A DNA stretch of 62,228 bases, filler included, from Choristocarpus tenellus KU-1152 (Eukaryota > Protista > Phaeophyceae): the NCBI GenBank assembly GCA_964200185.2. It is 8 parts of 8 records of this genome, joined end to end, with 100 filler letters (N's around TTAATTAATTAA, not from the genome) between each part and the next. Parts side by side here need not be neighbours in the genome. Positions count along the whole stretch, not along the records: positions 46,946 to 59,406 come from CAXNAD020001831.1; positions 59,507 to 62,228 come from CAXNAD020025309.1; 6 more parts are not named here. One strand, written 5' to 3'. Positions 50,923 through 62,228 of this stretch are shown here, piece after piece; the stretch's first letter is position 1, and the number at the start of each line of letters is the position of its first letter. A program made the translations under genes and the position numbers. Below the pieces are notes generated by a model that worked only from the letters and a program-made list of their open reading frames with translations, did not search any database and was not told where the DNA came from.

Positions 50923-53900
50923 AAGGGTGACGGTATTGTTGAATGATTGAGATCCGTTGTCTCCACCAGTTTCTTGTCATTTTGTGGGCTGTTCTGTAGC
51001 AGCGTCAGAGCAATCGGGTATGAAGGATACCGTTCTCCCTCACCTTGGGCAACCTTCAGCCTTCCTGATGAAAGCTTGGGTGAGCGTAGCAGAATTGGAA
51101 ACATGTTGTATTTTGCATTTTCTGTCTTTGAGCATCATTAACCTACTTTGGGGTTGTCATTTGCCCTGAGTTATCTGTAGACCACCTTGCGGCCATTATG
51201 TGGCCTTCATCTTGGCACCCAAGTAGTGTCTACTTTTTGTTTTCTCGAGGGCTATTGGTGATTGGGCCCATCGTGCCTGTTGTAGAATATGCACTGGTCG
51301 ATGTGCTCTATGATTGTGATATCTACCTGAAAATCTCATCATTTTGTACAGTTTAGACTGGTATGAATTGGTCGCTGCTTTCCAGTCACCAGTCAGTATG
51401 ATCCCTCCTAACCTCACAATACCTTGTAAATAGGTTCATCAATATGCCCTCTGGTAAAAAAAACTAAATTTAACTTCTCCTTTTAAATGTTCTAGTACGT
51501 ATTTCGAAGTGCTCTGGAGTATGATTAATGTAGTGCTACCATGCCTGACAGTCTGTATCTTTTGTCCTTTGTCTGATATATCAACGCACTATCTATCCAA
51601 ACACTACTGGCAAACCTTCTATTAAGAATAATAGTTTTGAGGGAAGGTAGATTTCTAGGCATATTGTGGTGGTCTCTGTTCCTTTCCCTTGTGCCACATG
51701 GGATTGGATTACTATTTTGTTGGGCATTTTCCGGTCACATTGACTCCTGTGATCCTCCTTGTTTTATCCTTTTGTACCCACAATGGCACTGCCCTTCCAC
51801 CACAATATACTCGCTTTGGGATTAGCCTGCTTGATGCAATAGGCTACTACTGTTTGGGATGTGTTCGACATTCCCCCCAAATCATATGACATATCCTGCT
51901 GAGATGATTAAACAAAGGAGTGTGTACATCTTGCGCTTGTATATATTGCCTTCAGCAGAGACTATGGTTGTGGGAGTCAAAAAAAGGTTCACAAAGGGGG
52001 GGTGGGAGAGTCATGGATGAATTGCAACTGGTGATGCTGCAAAGTTGACTTATGTCAAGTCAATCTTTCGGCCTTTTTCTTCATCAGTGCTTGCTTGCGC
52101 TCTCCATGCTTCATCCTTGCTGTGGTGACTTGAGCACTCATCTTAACCCAATAGCACATGTGTAGGGAAGCAAAGCATTGGGTACGGCATTTGAGGATGC
52201 ATGCAGAGAGGTAAGGAAACATAAAACAAACAAGGGTACGCGGGGCTGGTGCTAATGATAGGTGGTGTTGCCAGGAAGGGGGGATCCGACAAGAAGTTAG
52301 ATTCGTCTTCAATTGAGGGGTTAAGGATTTATTTGGGATGTTGTGCTGGCAGTATAATATGTATTTTGGGTAAAGGCTGTATGATGCACTCCATGGTCCT
52401 AGAGTCTCATGTCAAGGTGAATACATGTTGGTATTTATTTTGATCAGAGTATGGAAGACACTTCAGCAGTGATGGTGGGCTAGACCCCAATTGTTTTTTA
52501 GTGCCTATGACTCTCAGTGCAATGTGATTGTAAAGTACAGTCAATCTTCAAGTCACTACTTTGATTGCTACAGTGCTCTGCCCCACACAACAGTCAATTT
52601 GTGGCATTAAATGTTTGAAGTTACTTTGTTTGGTATATTGCATGAATCTTTCCCACTGCCATTTAGGTGTATGATACGCATGTTGTGGCACACTACCCTT
52701 CAGGGAGTTGATTTAGGATCTTTATTGGGTATTTACAAAGGATGTATGTAATCTTCTGCCTGACCACCCCATTCCCATGCTTGTAATGCAGCTATCAAGA
52801 GACTGTAGAAGGAGATGGATATTCGTCCTCGCAACTGTGTAATCACCCTTCAAAATAGTATTTACAGGAGCACGACATGTACCAGTAGGCAGTGACATAG
52901 GCCACATTATACCCAGGAGCACTACCCCTCCAGGATACAGTGATCCTGATCGCATGCACACAGCCTTGGGTCTCACCTCTCCATTCACATCCCTGAGCCA
53001 TACTAGAAGCAGAGCTTCCTCAACCTCTCAGGTTTTTTGCCATCCCCTCTTCATTATTGAATGCCCAGTTCCTGACTTAATTGTTGTCTATCATCAAGCA
53101 TCTTACCTAGCATCCTTGTGACTGCAACTCTTTTGAGGGAGATCTAGTTTGCCCTGTAGGTACAAACCTTAAATTTTGACCTGGTCTGTACTGTACATGC
53201 CAGATCTGCCTTAGTGAGTGCCGTTCCCTTTACCCTAGCTGAACCTCGTTGTCCATAGTCGAAAGCATTGTTTCTTCTCCTGGAGGCATCAACCATGCCA
53301 TAGATGTCGATTTCTGCCCCTGCTAAGACGTTGTCCATAACCAGCCCAAATCCTGCACGCTTCCCCTGATTCAAGGATGGGAAGCATAGGAAATCGGATG
53401 AGGGGGATTGGGCCCAAGATAGACAAAACTGCAACTACTATCAGGTGGCAATAGCAAGGGTATTCATTACACATACATACTGTTAGACAGGGTGAGGTTT
53501 ACAAAATTTGCCTACTCAGGTGTAGTTGAGTAAGGTCTAAGATTTCTTGCTACGGGCACATCTTTAGTTGTGTGGAGCGAAACCATTTGATCAAATGGGG
53601 TCGATTTTGGCCCAATTGAGTCTCAAATCTTTTTTGAACATTGTGCAACATGCACCAGAGTCCCATGAATGGAATGAAGTTGAAGCTGTTAGGGGGGTAT
53701 GACTGTAGAAGAAGATATCATTCATAGTGGAGACCATCATTGTTAGCCAAAAGCGCCTTCAACAGTGCTCAAAGTATAATCACCACAAGGTAGTTGTAAG
53801 GCCCCTAAATAGTCAATGAAAGTCCCCTCTCGGATGGTATCACTCTTCAATTGTTATACCATTGGAGCATGTTCGGTTCTGATGTGTACCCAAGGTTCAG

Positions 53901-53984
53901 AGTGGTAAAATTCTGACACATAATTGGGGGGCAAGCATTAAGAAAGCATGAAAAGATTATTCAGAACTCATCACACAGAAACAA

Positions 53985-54164
53985 GACTTGAAGTATCTGT
54001 GAGGGGGTGGCGGCTGTCCATTTGGGGTCAATTTTTTGTTTTCGCGATTTTTGTGTGTTTTGGTTGCATACGTCGGATGGATAATGTAAATACACTTTTC
54101 CTGATTTTGGTCCAAATGGACACCCTGGTCTGGACCTCCCCCCCCCCCACAGATACTTCAGGTC
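53985..54164 (+). mobile_element. MITE family B (about 180 bp), full length
   Basis: TIR GACTTGAAGTATCTGTG / CACAGATACTTCAGGTC; flanks CAA/AAA. Confidence 0.88.
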
Positions 54165-56715
54165 AAATGGGAATCAAGCCTAGAGAACCCTTTGGCTGTC
54201 TTTCTCAATTGGTTGGGTTTTGTTACAAGGTTTTGAAGATAGTATGCACTATACACAGCAACTTCACAGAGTAGTTGTAAGACAAATTTTAGAACTCTCC
54301 CACGATGAAAGAGGATTCCCTCAAAGAGCTTGGCATAATTAGAATATGAGGAATGGAGGAATGATATGAAAATATGATAACTCTGTCTGGATGCCTCTAG
54401 GATGTGGACAAACTAATCAGATCAAACAAATGTAAAAGATAATACCACTAGCCTCTCAAGCCCTCTTGAGGTGGTAATGGTTAATATTTTTTTCAATTTC
54501 TTTTCATTACAAAGTCCCCGATCCGTCTGTGAGGCGACCACTGATCCCCTGCATTGTGTCATCGATATCTGAGGTCTCTGCTTACCAACTCTAATCTCTT
54601 TAGGATCCCTTAGTGGTCTGCTGGATTTCAGAGTTCAAATATGCCTATCAAGCGCCACTCATGCCTCTTATTACAAAGAAATACAAGACTTCAGATGAAT
54701 TACAGGATGGTTGTCCCTTCAGGAAGGAGAGGGAGGATGTTGCACCTCGAGGAAACAGGAGGCTGTATGGATTGGTTATGTTCAAATCTGTAAGGGAAAC
54801 TGGAGGGGAAGGGTATCCAGACGTAGTGGTGCTCACAAAACTGTTTAAATAGAAAACCACCAAGCAAAACATTATACAAGCTTAGCTCTAAAGTTTGGAT
54901 ACAAGTGAAAAATGATCCATAGAGTGTGACTCAATGCAGAACAGAGCTAAGAACAAGGTAATTTTTTTCTGTGTGTCCTCAAAAATCGCCAACTGCGTAC
55001 TGTATGAGGACTGTGGTGGATTCTATGCGCCGGTAGCTCTCTGTTTGGATGAGAAAATATATTGTCATTAGTCGTTTATACTTCCACATTAGGCATACCA
55101 GCACTGGTCTTTTGTAGGAGAGGTGTCCTGTTAAGTGCTACCGTGGGACTGCATGCACACTAGTGCTCTTTAGTTTTTCAATCCTTCTCTAGAGTTCAAT
55201 GCCATGTTCCTGTAACATAATTTGGAAAGTCAAGAGTCGTCTCATCCTCGCATTGGCACCTTTAGTGCGACATGGGACTCTTTTAAGTAGGTTGAAATAT
55301 TTCGAAAAGTGCACAGAGAGTATAGACAGCAAGGGGAAATACCCAGCATTACTTTTCATGTAGTATGGTAAGATTAATTGGGGATGGTGGGGGTCCTTCC
55401 AAGGGTCAAACGTTCCTCCCGGGTGACACGAGCTAATGCCACCTGCTTTCCCATGACGAGCATGTTGGCGCGGCGCAGATGCCCGCTGGCCAGCTTGCTC
55501 CCAACAGCCTCCTCCAGAAAATGTGCCACCCCAGTGGCCATGGCTTGTCGGTCGAAGTTGCTGTTCTCGGCCTTGAGCAGCAAACAAGTGATTGTATGTA
55601 CACATGGACTATTTCATATATTGCTGAGGGCAGTACTCTAGACAAATGGCTTTTGTGCAAATCATGTGTTTGACTCTGATACAAGAGAAGCAGCAAAATA
55701 ACTAAGAGATTAAGATTCGAGCTCCGTGGACAGCCTAGGTCACACACCCTACCTCGACAGAGGACTTTAGTAGATCTGAGACAATTCAACCCAAGCTGAG
55801 GGAATTTCAGGATCTGAGGTGGCCTACCTCCTGCATATCCAGCAACTCGTCCTGCTGTCGTACTGACTCCCCCATCTGTTTCTCGAATTGTAGATCCCGT
55901 GCCTTTATTGGTGAAACACGCACATGCATGCCTGTTCCGTCTCCCTTAATACCTTTGGTCCGACCACTGAAGAGGCGTTCCAAGATGGAGGGTGTTCCTG
56001 GGGGGAAAGGATGAAGATCATCGGGATGTGAAAAGAGAAAACGAACTGCTAGGTACTCAGAGTAGTATTGATGATGCGTGGCCTTGTCAATAAGTTTAGG
56101 ATGTGCCTTTTCAGAGACTGCATGCAGGAGATGCTGCTCTGTGCTGAGGTTGAGACCAAATTGGTTATTGGTTTGGGTTGCTCCGTCGGGTAATTTCTAG
56201 TGTCCATTGCAACTCTGGCCTCAGCTTGAAGTATAGGGTCATCATGGATGAGTGAGGATGCCGACACCTGATTCTTGAGTGGCCCCGCTGAGACCAAGGG
56301 GCACTGTCCTTGTATTGAGTCCACTGTGCCAAAAGCTGTATCTTTTCCCTTCATGCTTCTGTGTTACGAGGTCAGTATGGGAAGAAATGCAAGGGGTGCA
56401 AGCAACAGTACAAAGTGGTGCTGTGGGATCCACAGTACTCAAGGTTATAGGAAATGTGCAAGGAAGGGAAAAGGGATAAAAAATTATCTGTGTATCGCTT
56501 TGTTCATTGCTCTCCATAAAATATGGTCTTCTGTGACCCAGTTTTGAGGAGTGTCAACAAGTATCATAGGAGGTCTGTTGGAAAAATGGAATGTCTACAC
56601 TGCAGAGGGAGGGACTGGGAATCTGTAGGAGGGACGAAGTGATGCAGAAGTGTGGGAGAGGAGAGGGGTGAAATATGGTACACATTCCTGAATGGTTGTT
56701 CAAAGCAACGATTTT

Positions 56716-56974
56716 GAGTGAAAGTATTTCAGAGGGTACGAGTTTTGCCCTATTTGTCCATTTGGGACTTAGCTTCCCATGGGTTTTTTTATGAAATTTT
56801 CCTACTCCAAAATGTTTCAGAGTAGGTAAAATGTATACATTATGAAAAGGTGTGTCCAGAACATGGATATTGACACTTCCTAACAAACACGATGGCCAAA
56901 ATTACATCAAAATCGCAACATTGGATTTTGGCCCCCAAATGGACGCAGCTCTACCCTCTAAGATACTTTGGCTC
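56716..56974 (+). mobile_element. MITE family A, full length
   Basis: TIR GAGTGAAAGTATTTCAGAGGG / CCCTCTAAGATACTTTGGCTC; TTT TSD. Confidence 0.92.
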
Positions 56975-57807
56975 TTTTTTTAAGTACACAGGCCAATAAT
57001 CAGGTTTACTTGGTGAAGGCGATTAAAGCTTCACATAGTTGTGCACTTGAAACAAACCTCATTCGAAGCACGTAAAATCTGAAACACCCTGTATCCTAGA
57101 GAGTGGGGAAGACGATTGCACTATTGTGCCTTTGCAGACCAACTAGTACATGGAGTAATTCTATACTTGATGCCGAAACCTAAATACTACCAGCATTTTA
57201 GGAGCATTACCCTCACCGAGTGTTGAAGCTGACCCTTGGGTGCAGATAGTGTAATCACTCCTTCTCCTTCTTCTCTTTCTCCTCCTCCTTCTCCTCTTTC
57301 CATTTCTGAACCTGTCCATTCTGGACCGAGAGCCTCCAACACCTTCAGCACACGCCCTTCACATGCTACAAGGAGTTTGTGTGTATCCTGCCATAATTGA
57401 CTACAAATCATTAAATGTGCGAGATGTATGAACTACAACAGGAATAATGGCATGATAACTGATAATTCGATTAATTTGAGGTCCTATTTGCCATAATGAA
57501 GTCAGTACATCACATTTCGCCCTGTAAGTTACCTCATCCCCTCAGGATTACTCTGGAGCATTGCACTGGAGCATTACTTCGCACAAAATGTAGTGGAAGA
57601 GGTGTGTGTCAGTAGAAAATAGCCATGCAGGCACAGTTTGGGGTTGGGAAGTGGAATGGAGATGTTTTCGAGGCAAAATATATCCGGTGGTAGGTTGTCT
57701 TCCATTAACCTCAGCCGAGTTGGGCTACATTTATTGCAATGATGTTGTCAACTCAGGTGTGGAAAAGTAAGCAGCAGTGTTCTCAGTAAGAGGAAAAGAA
57801 GGATATG

Positions 57808-58066
57808 GAGTCAAAATAAGTGAGAGGTACCCGGAGTTGCATTTTAATGATGTTGACAAATATGTCCAAAATTTCGCTTTTTTTACAAATGCATGTAGGA
57901 TATTTTCTGAATTCTGCCGAAAATTTTCAAGCAATAGAGAAATCAATGCTCTCAAGTCAAGCTTGCATGTCACCCATAGAAACAGGGGTGAATTACGTAA
58001 GGTTGAGAAACTGGCTTAAAATGCCAAAATGCCCAAAACCTGGGTACCTCTCACTTACTTTGACTT
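57808..58066. mobile_element. MITE family C (about 260 bp)
   Basis: 24-bp TIR AGTCAAAATAAGTGAGAGGTACCC / GGGTACCTCTCACTTACTTTGACT; flanks ATG/GTG. Confidence 0.8.
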
Positions 58067-59331
58067 GTGGTAGTCACACCCATATCAGCAAAAGGAAAGC
58101 TGATAGGATCACATCTTTGGTATTAATCCCTACTCTAAATTGTTCTTATTACCTTGTATGTTGCGCTACCCACAGGGAAAGTTAAACTCTCATTGTGGGT
58201 AACTTAATGGTCTGCTGTAGATATTCAGTGCTGAATACTCATGAAAGATTTCGATCACAGGTAGTGTTGGGAGTAACTTGTGGATAACTCAAAGTGATGG
58301 ACCTCACAAAGATGGGTTGCATTGGTATACATCAAGAGTTGAGCGTGCTTCTAACATTTGTATTTCTAAGCTGTTCACATTCCCACATTCCTCTTCTGTG
58401 CGATCTCATCTATACCCTCTTGAATAAAATGAGTGGACTCTTTGCCTGTATTGTAGTTTGTCATGATGTCACTTATCCCTCCTTAGTACTTCCTCTCCAA
58501 ATGCCTTGCAGGCCCCTGCTTGCCAAAGTCTTACTCCATGTCCTTAGTCTTTTCTACCCCGCCCCTACTGCATGTCTCATCTGTAGGGACCTACTCACAT
58601 CATCATCGTGGAATGGCACCTCTTGTACAAGGGTCCACATATTTTCATCAGGGTGCATCAGTTGCCCCACCCACCCCTCTTCTTCCTCGTCGTCCTCCTC
58701 ATGCTCGCTCTTCTGCTCTATCCCTCCTCCTCTGCCCCTTTCCTCATCTCCATTCCCATTCTTCACCAGATGCGAGGGCTCCACATCTTACAGCAAAGAG
58801 GGCGATAAATCAAACCAGAAAATCCAAGTCATTGCCATTACTAAGATACACGCTTACGTGTGTGTGGGCATGACTGCTGTGCTTTGAAATAGTCAGTGAC
58901 ATCGTGGGGCAAGTGTGAACATGTGGTTAGAGCGTGGCTGAAATACATGTGGAATTAACATGATAGTGTGAATAAACCAGCCGAGGGATGCTGGTTTGTT
59001 CTTGCTCAAAGGAGGTTTGATGTGAAGAAATGAATGAATTGTTGTGGTAGGAAGAACTGCTGACGCTACTGTTGAAAGGAAGGAGTCATGTCTGAGTAAC
59101 AAGGCAGGAAACGTGAGTTGCATCTAGAATTGGAGGGTTGGTTCTTGTGCTCAGACAATATTGACTTGTGTCATTGTGTGAAACCTGCGTCCTATGTACC
59201 GTACAGACTCACAAGGAAAAGAAGACAGTTATAGATGACAAGTGGCTCGTATGAGCCGCTATCTCTTTACCCTTCTACCTTCTCCTGTTCGTTGTACTTG
59301 TAGATTTTTTAACCTATGTCTCCTCCCACAA

Positions 59332-59406
59332 GACCCAAAGTATCTGGGGGGGAGGGGGGGGGGGGGTCTACACCAGGGTGTCCAATTGGGACAAAACCAG
59401 GAAAAG
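59332..59406 (-). mobile_element. MITE family B right end at a contig break; similar stubs near 16822-16857 and 62190-62228
   Basis: GACCCAAAGTATCTGGGGG...GGTCTACACCAGGGTGTCCA is the reverse complement of the family B 3' part. Confidence 0.8.
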
Positions 59407-59594
59407 NNNNNNNNNNNNNNNNNNNNNNNNNNNNNNNNNNNNNNNNNNNNTTAATTAATTAANNNNNNNNNNNNNNNNNNNNNNNNNNNNNNNNNNNNNN
59501 NNNNNNACCTCCCCCCTTCCCCCCCCCCCCCCCCCTCGTGGCCCTACTGAAATTTTTTTCCCCCCCCCCCCCCCCCCCCCCCCAACTCGCGCAG

Positions 59595-61148
59595 GTTCTA
59601 TATGAACTGCCCCTTAAGGTAGGGCGAGAAGTCTATGGTGATGAGTATATTGATTTGTGGTCACTGTACAAGATTCACTTTCGAGGGGCGTCAGACAAGA
59701 ACTGCGATCGGTGAGCTGTACCTCCTTTTGTCAGGGAGAGTAGTGGTTTGCTGTACCTATTTTGAGCGCAAAATGATGTGGGTGTGATTTTAATTTAAAA
59801 AAAAATGTCAACAAAAAAAGTTATTTTTTTTTTGTAAATTGCGAATCGTACTGCTTTATTTTTATTATTGTGAATAATGAGTTCATTGAAATGAACTTAA
59901 GGTTGTGAATGATTTTGTTTTTGAATAGAAGAATTATATATATATATATATATGTTTGGTTTGTACTTTTTATGTAAATTGTTCTGTGTGGAATATCTGG
60001 ATTTGTCCTGCAGATCGGTCCATCAGGATTAGGGTTAGGGAAAGGAAAAGTGCTGTACCGTGTATTATTATTATTATTTTAGGGTTAGGGTTAGGGTTTG
60101 GTGGTTTGTACTTTGTGTACTTGAACAGTGGAATTGTGGGTATTTTAGTGGTCTGATGGGCTTTAAGAGGCGTACACTGATGCATTCATTTGTATTATTG
60201 ATAAATATATGACAGTGTTGCTATTTAATTGATATTATTGATAAATATAGGACAGTGCTGCTATTTAATTGATATTATTAAAAAGATAAATTAAAGTGCT
60301 CTTGTAACTTGAGGATTTCTAATGATGCATGGCAGTACTATTAATGTGATTGTTCACAGTACGTGATAGGACTTGTAGAGAGATAATCAGTGTTTTATTA
60401 TCACAATACTATTGTTAACAGTGTTGATTTTAAATGGTAGTACTATTTCTTTTGATCATAAGTGACAGCACTATTATTATTTAATGTTAAGTAAATTCTT
60501 AAAATAATGGACGGTTACATGTCCTCTCTCAATCAATACACCTTGCTTGCTACAGATAATTGAGATCTAATTTATTTAGTGAGATATTGATTAATTTGAT
60601 GATGATTAAGCAATCAATAAACCTTGCTTGGTGCACACGATTGGGGTCTAATGAATGTAGTCAGATAGCGGTCTTTCTGTTTATCTTTCCACTTAACTTT
60701 TATGTTCAATTTTTTTATACTTTAGTCCCTTGTAAGTGGGATGTATCTCTTTCTGTAGAACCTGGTTTGAAATATTTTGTTTTAGGTGCATTACCCTTGA
60801 GCTGTTTTTCTTTTTGGTTATTCAATTTAAGAAAAAAACAGGGACTACTTATTTTCTGTTTAATTCATGTTGACTCAAAATTCAAAATCATTTGATTATA
60901 TATATATATATATTTAGTTGTATTTTGATTTGATTAATTTGGTAATGGTGATTAATTTTGTGATTGTGATTAATTTTGTGATGATTACAACAGTTTCCAT
61001 GACGGCCTGGGATTCACAGTGGCGCATTCAATGATCACTAATGTGTTTGAAGAAGCCTTGCAAGTGGTAAATCCTTCCGTGACAATGCCATACTGGGACT
61101 TCACAAGGGCATGGGACAAGCTGGATCATCACTACAATGGAAGATATG
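59595..61148 (+). CDS. Tyrosinase-like type-3 copper protein, partial; exons 59595-59710 and 60994-about 61148
   Basis: The spliced peptide KIH...CDR|FHDGLGFTVAH...FEEALQVVNPSVTMPYWDFT has three CuA-type His and the PYWD motif; phase-2 junction; 3' donor uncertain. Confidence 0.85.
60700..60860 (+). pseudogene. nad2: NUMT: degenerate mitochondrial nad2 fragment inside the tyrosinase intron
   Basis: FYTLVPCKWDVSLSVEPGLKYFVLGAL resembles the nad2/NuoN motif FYVLAAFKRDSxFSTEAGLKYFILGA; after a frameshift FLFGYS...GTT continues the match; AT-rich. Confidence 0.75.
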
Positions 61149-62228
61149 GTGAATGGAGGAGTGATGTCTGTTGGGACCCCTGGGAAATTGGAGATTGCTA
61201 CTGATCAAATCGGGGGAGTGGATGGATCGTTCTGATGGTGTGATGGATGTTTCTAAGGGTATATTTTATATTTTGAGCCTGATATACTGTTTGTTGGCTC
61301 TTTTGTTGGCTTACTCTTCCACAGTGTTAATAGTCGTGATGTTGTTGGTATTCGTTGAATATATAAAAAAGTGTGCCTGGAAATATTTTCTTTATGAAAC
61401 GATCTTTAGTTAGTGGCTGTCATGTTTCAAGACGGTTCCCTGTCACAGCAGAATTATCTCAGCCTCCACCTCCACATACGCCATTTTTTTTTTGTTTTTG
61501 TAGTGTAGTTTCGGACGTACTGTTCTTACAGAGACGTATCATTCATGAAACATTGGCATATAAACCTTTTCATTAAATCTACTACCATTTAAGTACTATG
61601 TTAGCTACAGCCTTCTGATGTTCTACAAACCCTTTTATGAAGTAATGGTCAACTACTGTTGTGGTGACTGAATCCTGAGCCTATTTTCACCCTGGAGGGG
61701 TATTCATGATTTTTTATTTTTATTGATTGTGCGGGCGTGTGTGTGAAATTTATTTGAAGGGATTCAATGGATCTTGATACTTTTGTGTGTTTTTTATTTA
61801 GCTTGTAAGATGTGGCTTTTGTAGTATGATGGTACTATTTTTCACAGCATATCATTTTAGAAGAGTGTTTCCATAATTTATTCTCCTTTTTTTATTTGTT
61901 TTTATTTTATAGAAATGGAAGGCGTGGTATTTTGTATTGATGATATAATATTTGATTTTTTGGGGGAGTCCTGTGCTGTGTCTTTCGAGGTGTAGATTTT
62001 CATTTTATTGTTTTTATGTTTTTTTTCTGTAATTTGGAAGGCGTGGTTTCTTTTTTTCTGTTTTCTGTTGATAGTGTTTCCTGTACTTATTTTTTGACAT
62101 ACCATTTTTTTTTTCGGTTCATTATTTTTTTGTATTCTTTTCAGATATATATATATATATTGTAGTGCGAGTCTTTATTGGGACATTGAGACTCAAAATA
62201 CTTGGGGAGGAGGGGAGGAGGGAGGGGG

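Larger units (their letters stand above)
52055..58786 (-). pseudogene. Eight-exon gene of unknown function, apparently disrupted; exons 58599-58786, 57217-57387, 55828-55997, 55443-55571, 54586-54644, 53168-53365, 52977-53087, 52055-52141
   Basis: Each exon has an AG acceptor and all but the last have a GT donor, mostly phase 0. Two exons are one base short of a multiple of 3 (170 and 59 nt), and one has an in-frame TGA. Confidence 0.5.

Noticed and set aside
39995-53087. In-frame TGA codons as genetic-code reassignment or selenocysteine
   Set aside because: RBMX2 ends normally in TGA, the conserved exons contain no internal TGA, and the affected regions also have frameshifts; CGA>TGA decay is simpler
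16858-59506. Recurrent palindromic TTAATTAATTAA, and apparent clustering of U2 with RBMX2 or other genes
   Set aside because: The motif is an artificial linker; genes on different contigs are not physically linked, so no operon-like system can be inferred

Overview
This is eukaryotic nuclear DNA from a draft assembly. Eight unrelated contigs are joined by artificial 100-nt linkers (N44-TTAATTAATTAA-N44), so adjacency across linkers has no biological meaning. Long introns, a DGDG synthase, a stramenopile-type tyrosinase and TTAGGG repeats suggest a photosynthetic stramenopile, possibly a brown alga or close relative (inference). Supported content: a U2 snRNA gene; a complete four-exon RBMX2/Ist3-Snu17 gene; partial multi-exon genes for kinesin-13, a TPC/voltage-gated-type cation channel, DGDG synthase and a tyrosinase-like protein; a large low-complexity RE/RS-rich gene with a frameshifted last exon; and a decaying eight-exon minus-strand gene. 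Mobile DNA is abundant: a degenerate chromodomain-bearing Ty3/gypsy pol, two plant-type mariner remnants with Stowaway-like TIRs, a pogo/Tigger 5' end and about 12 MITE copies from three families sharing a terminus, several with 3-bp TSDs (PIF/Harbinger-like). There is also a nad2 NUMT and many minisatellites. I found no clearly new multi-gene system. The most interesting pattern is splice-site architecture: GC donors, purine-rich acceptors with no adjacent pyrimidine tract, G-rich 5' and C-rich 3' intron ends, a variant U2, and two small duplications that may be creating new splice sites.
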